Source: Vulcanimicrobiota bacterium (GTDB taxonomy: Bacteria > Vulcanimicrobiota > Vulcanimicrobiia > Vulcanimicrobiales > Vulcanimicrobiaceae). Taken from it: DNA of 64,000 nucleotides. Under the pieces are notes generated by a model. It made no database searches. It was not told where the DNA came from and saw only the letters and a program-made list of their open reading frames with translations. The position numbers were made by a program, and so were the translations under genes. This document shows, piece after piece, positions 63,501-64,000 of this stretch (within the stretch, counting starts at the first letter, position 1; each line of letters begins with the position of its first letter). The stretch lies in contig JAQBPK010000259.1 of the NCBI GenBank assembly GCA_028287565.1, positions 3,146 to 67,145 of the forward strand, in the 5' to 3' direction.

Positions 63501-63914
63501 CTACGCTTCGCGAATGTCGACGACGTCGGGCCGGTCGCGAAGGTCGATGATGTCCTTGACGTCGCGAACGTCCGGCCGGTCGGCGATGTCGGTGAAATCC
63601 GGGCGGTCGCGAATGTCGCGAATGTCCTTGATGTCGCGAATGTCCGGCCGGTCGACGATGTCGGTGACGTCGGGCGCATCCCGAATGATGTCCGGCCGGT
63701 CGACGATGTCCGTGATATCCGGCCGGTCGGGCCGGTCCACGATGTCCGTAATGTCGGGGTAGTCTTTCGGTTCGGGCGCGAAGTCTTTGATGTCGGTGTA
63801 GTCTTTGGGCCGGTTTTGCTCGGCGTACGCCGTCGAATCCGCCGTGCCGGCGGGGTCGCGTGCCAGTCCGGACAGCGGATGGCGAACCGTATCGGAGGGA
63901 ACCTGAAGGTCCAT
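63501..63914 (-). CDS. Small Asp-x-x triad repeat protein, candidate precursor peptide
   Basis: 137-aa ORF from MDLQVP with a non-repetitive N-terminus of about 35 aa, then about 31 D-x-x units. Synonymous codon variation between units. Stop lies 15 bp before the next gene. Confidence 0.7.
   Translation of the reverse strand: MDLQVPSDTVRHPLSGLARDPAGTADSTAYAEQNRPKDYTDIKDFAPEPKDYPDITDIVDRPDRPDITDIVDRPDIIRDAPDVTDIVDRPDIRDIKDIRDIRDRPDFTDIADRPDVRDVKDIIDLRDRPDVVDIREA
63510..63806 (-). repeat. Degenerate 9-bp-period coding tandem repeat
   Basis: Recurrent GACCGGCCG, GACATC and GACATTCGC units on the minus strand. Confidence 0.85.
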
Positions 63915-64000
63915 TACGTGCACCCTTTGCAGCGGCCGTCGTGCGAGTTGGGACGACGGACGTTGCACGCGCCGAATCCGTTCCCTCTCGGGAGCGGGGC

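Noticed and set aside
63510-63806. Repeat array as CRISPR or non-coding VNTR
   Set aside because: The period is 9 bp, with no constant repeat plus unique spacers and no cas genes. It keeps an open frame with synonymous variation.

Overview
GC-rich bacterial window with no rRNA, tRNA, CRISPR array, transposase or integrase detected. The 0-21 kb stretch is accessory regulatory and detoxification DNA: a CPA1 antiporter, several alpha/beta hydrolases, AraC/TetR/ArsR/HxlR/XRE regulators and a PAS-GAF two-component module. It also holds a frameshifted azoreductase, a truncated STAND-type regulator and a probable mobile-element remnant whose promoter carries a LexA-type SOS box. At 21.3-26.9 kb lie two methyltransferase/WbsX(GH99-like) fusion genes, one also fused to a radical SAM domain. 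The 27.7-43.3 kb stretch is a thioesterase-less NRPS operon. It encodes a heme-oxygenase-like diiron enzyme, MbtH, a stand-alone C domain, an Asn A domain interrupted by an SGGKDS (AlbIV/CysH-type) domain, Pro-like and Gly modules, then a nucleotidyltransferase-like, a divergent SAICAR-synthetase-like, an AbrB-like and an NMP-kinase-like gene. A nucleoside-phosphorylase-like gene and an MFS/TetR pair flank it, making it a candidate peptidyl-nucleoside pathway. A hdeD-clpB-dnaK-grpE-dnaJ-psiE stress operon occupies 52.6-59.7 kb. At the far end, a small protein built of about 30 Asp-x-x triads sits 15 bp upstream of a PRTase-AMMECR1-helical-barrel fusion enzyme, a candidate undescribed peptide-modification system. 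All family calls come from motif recognition by eye; no database searches were run.
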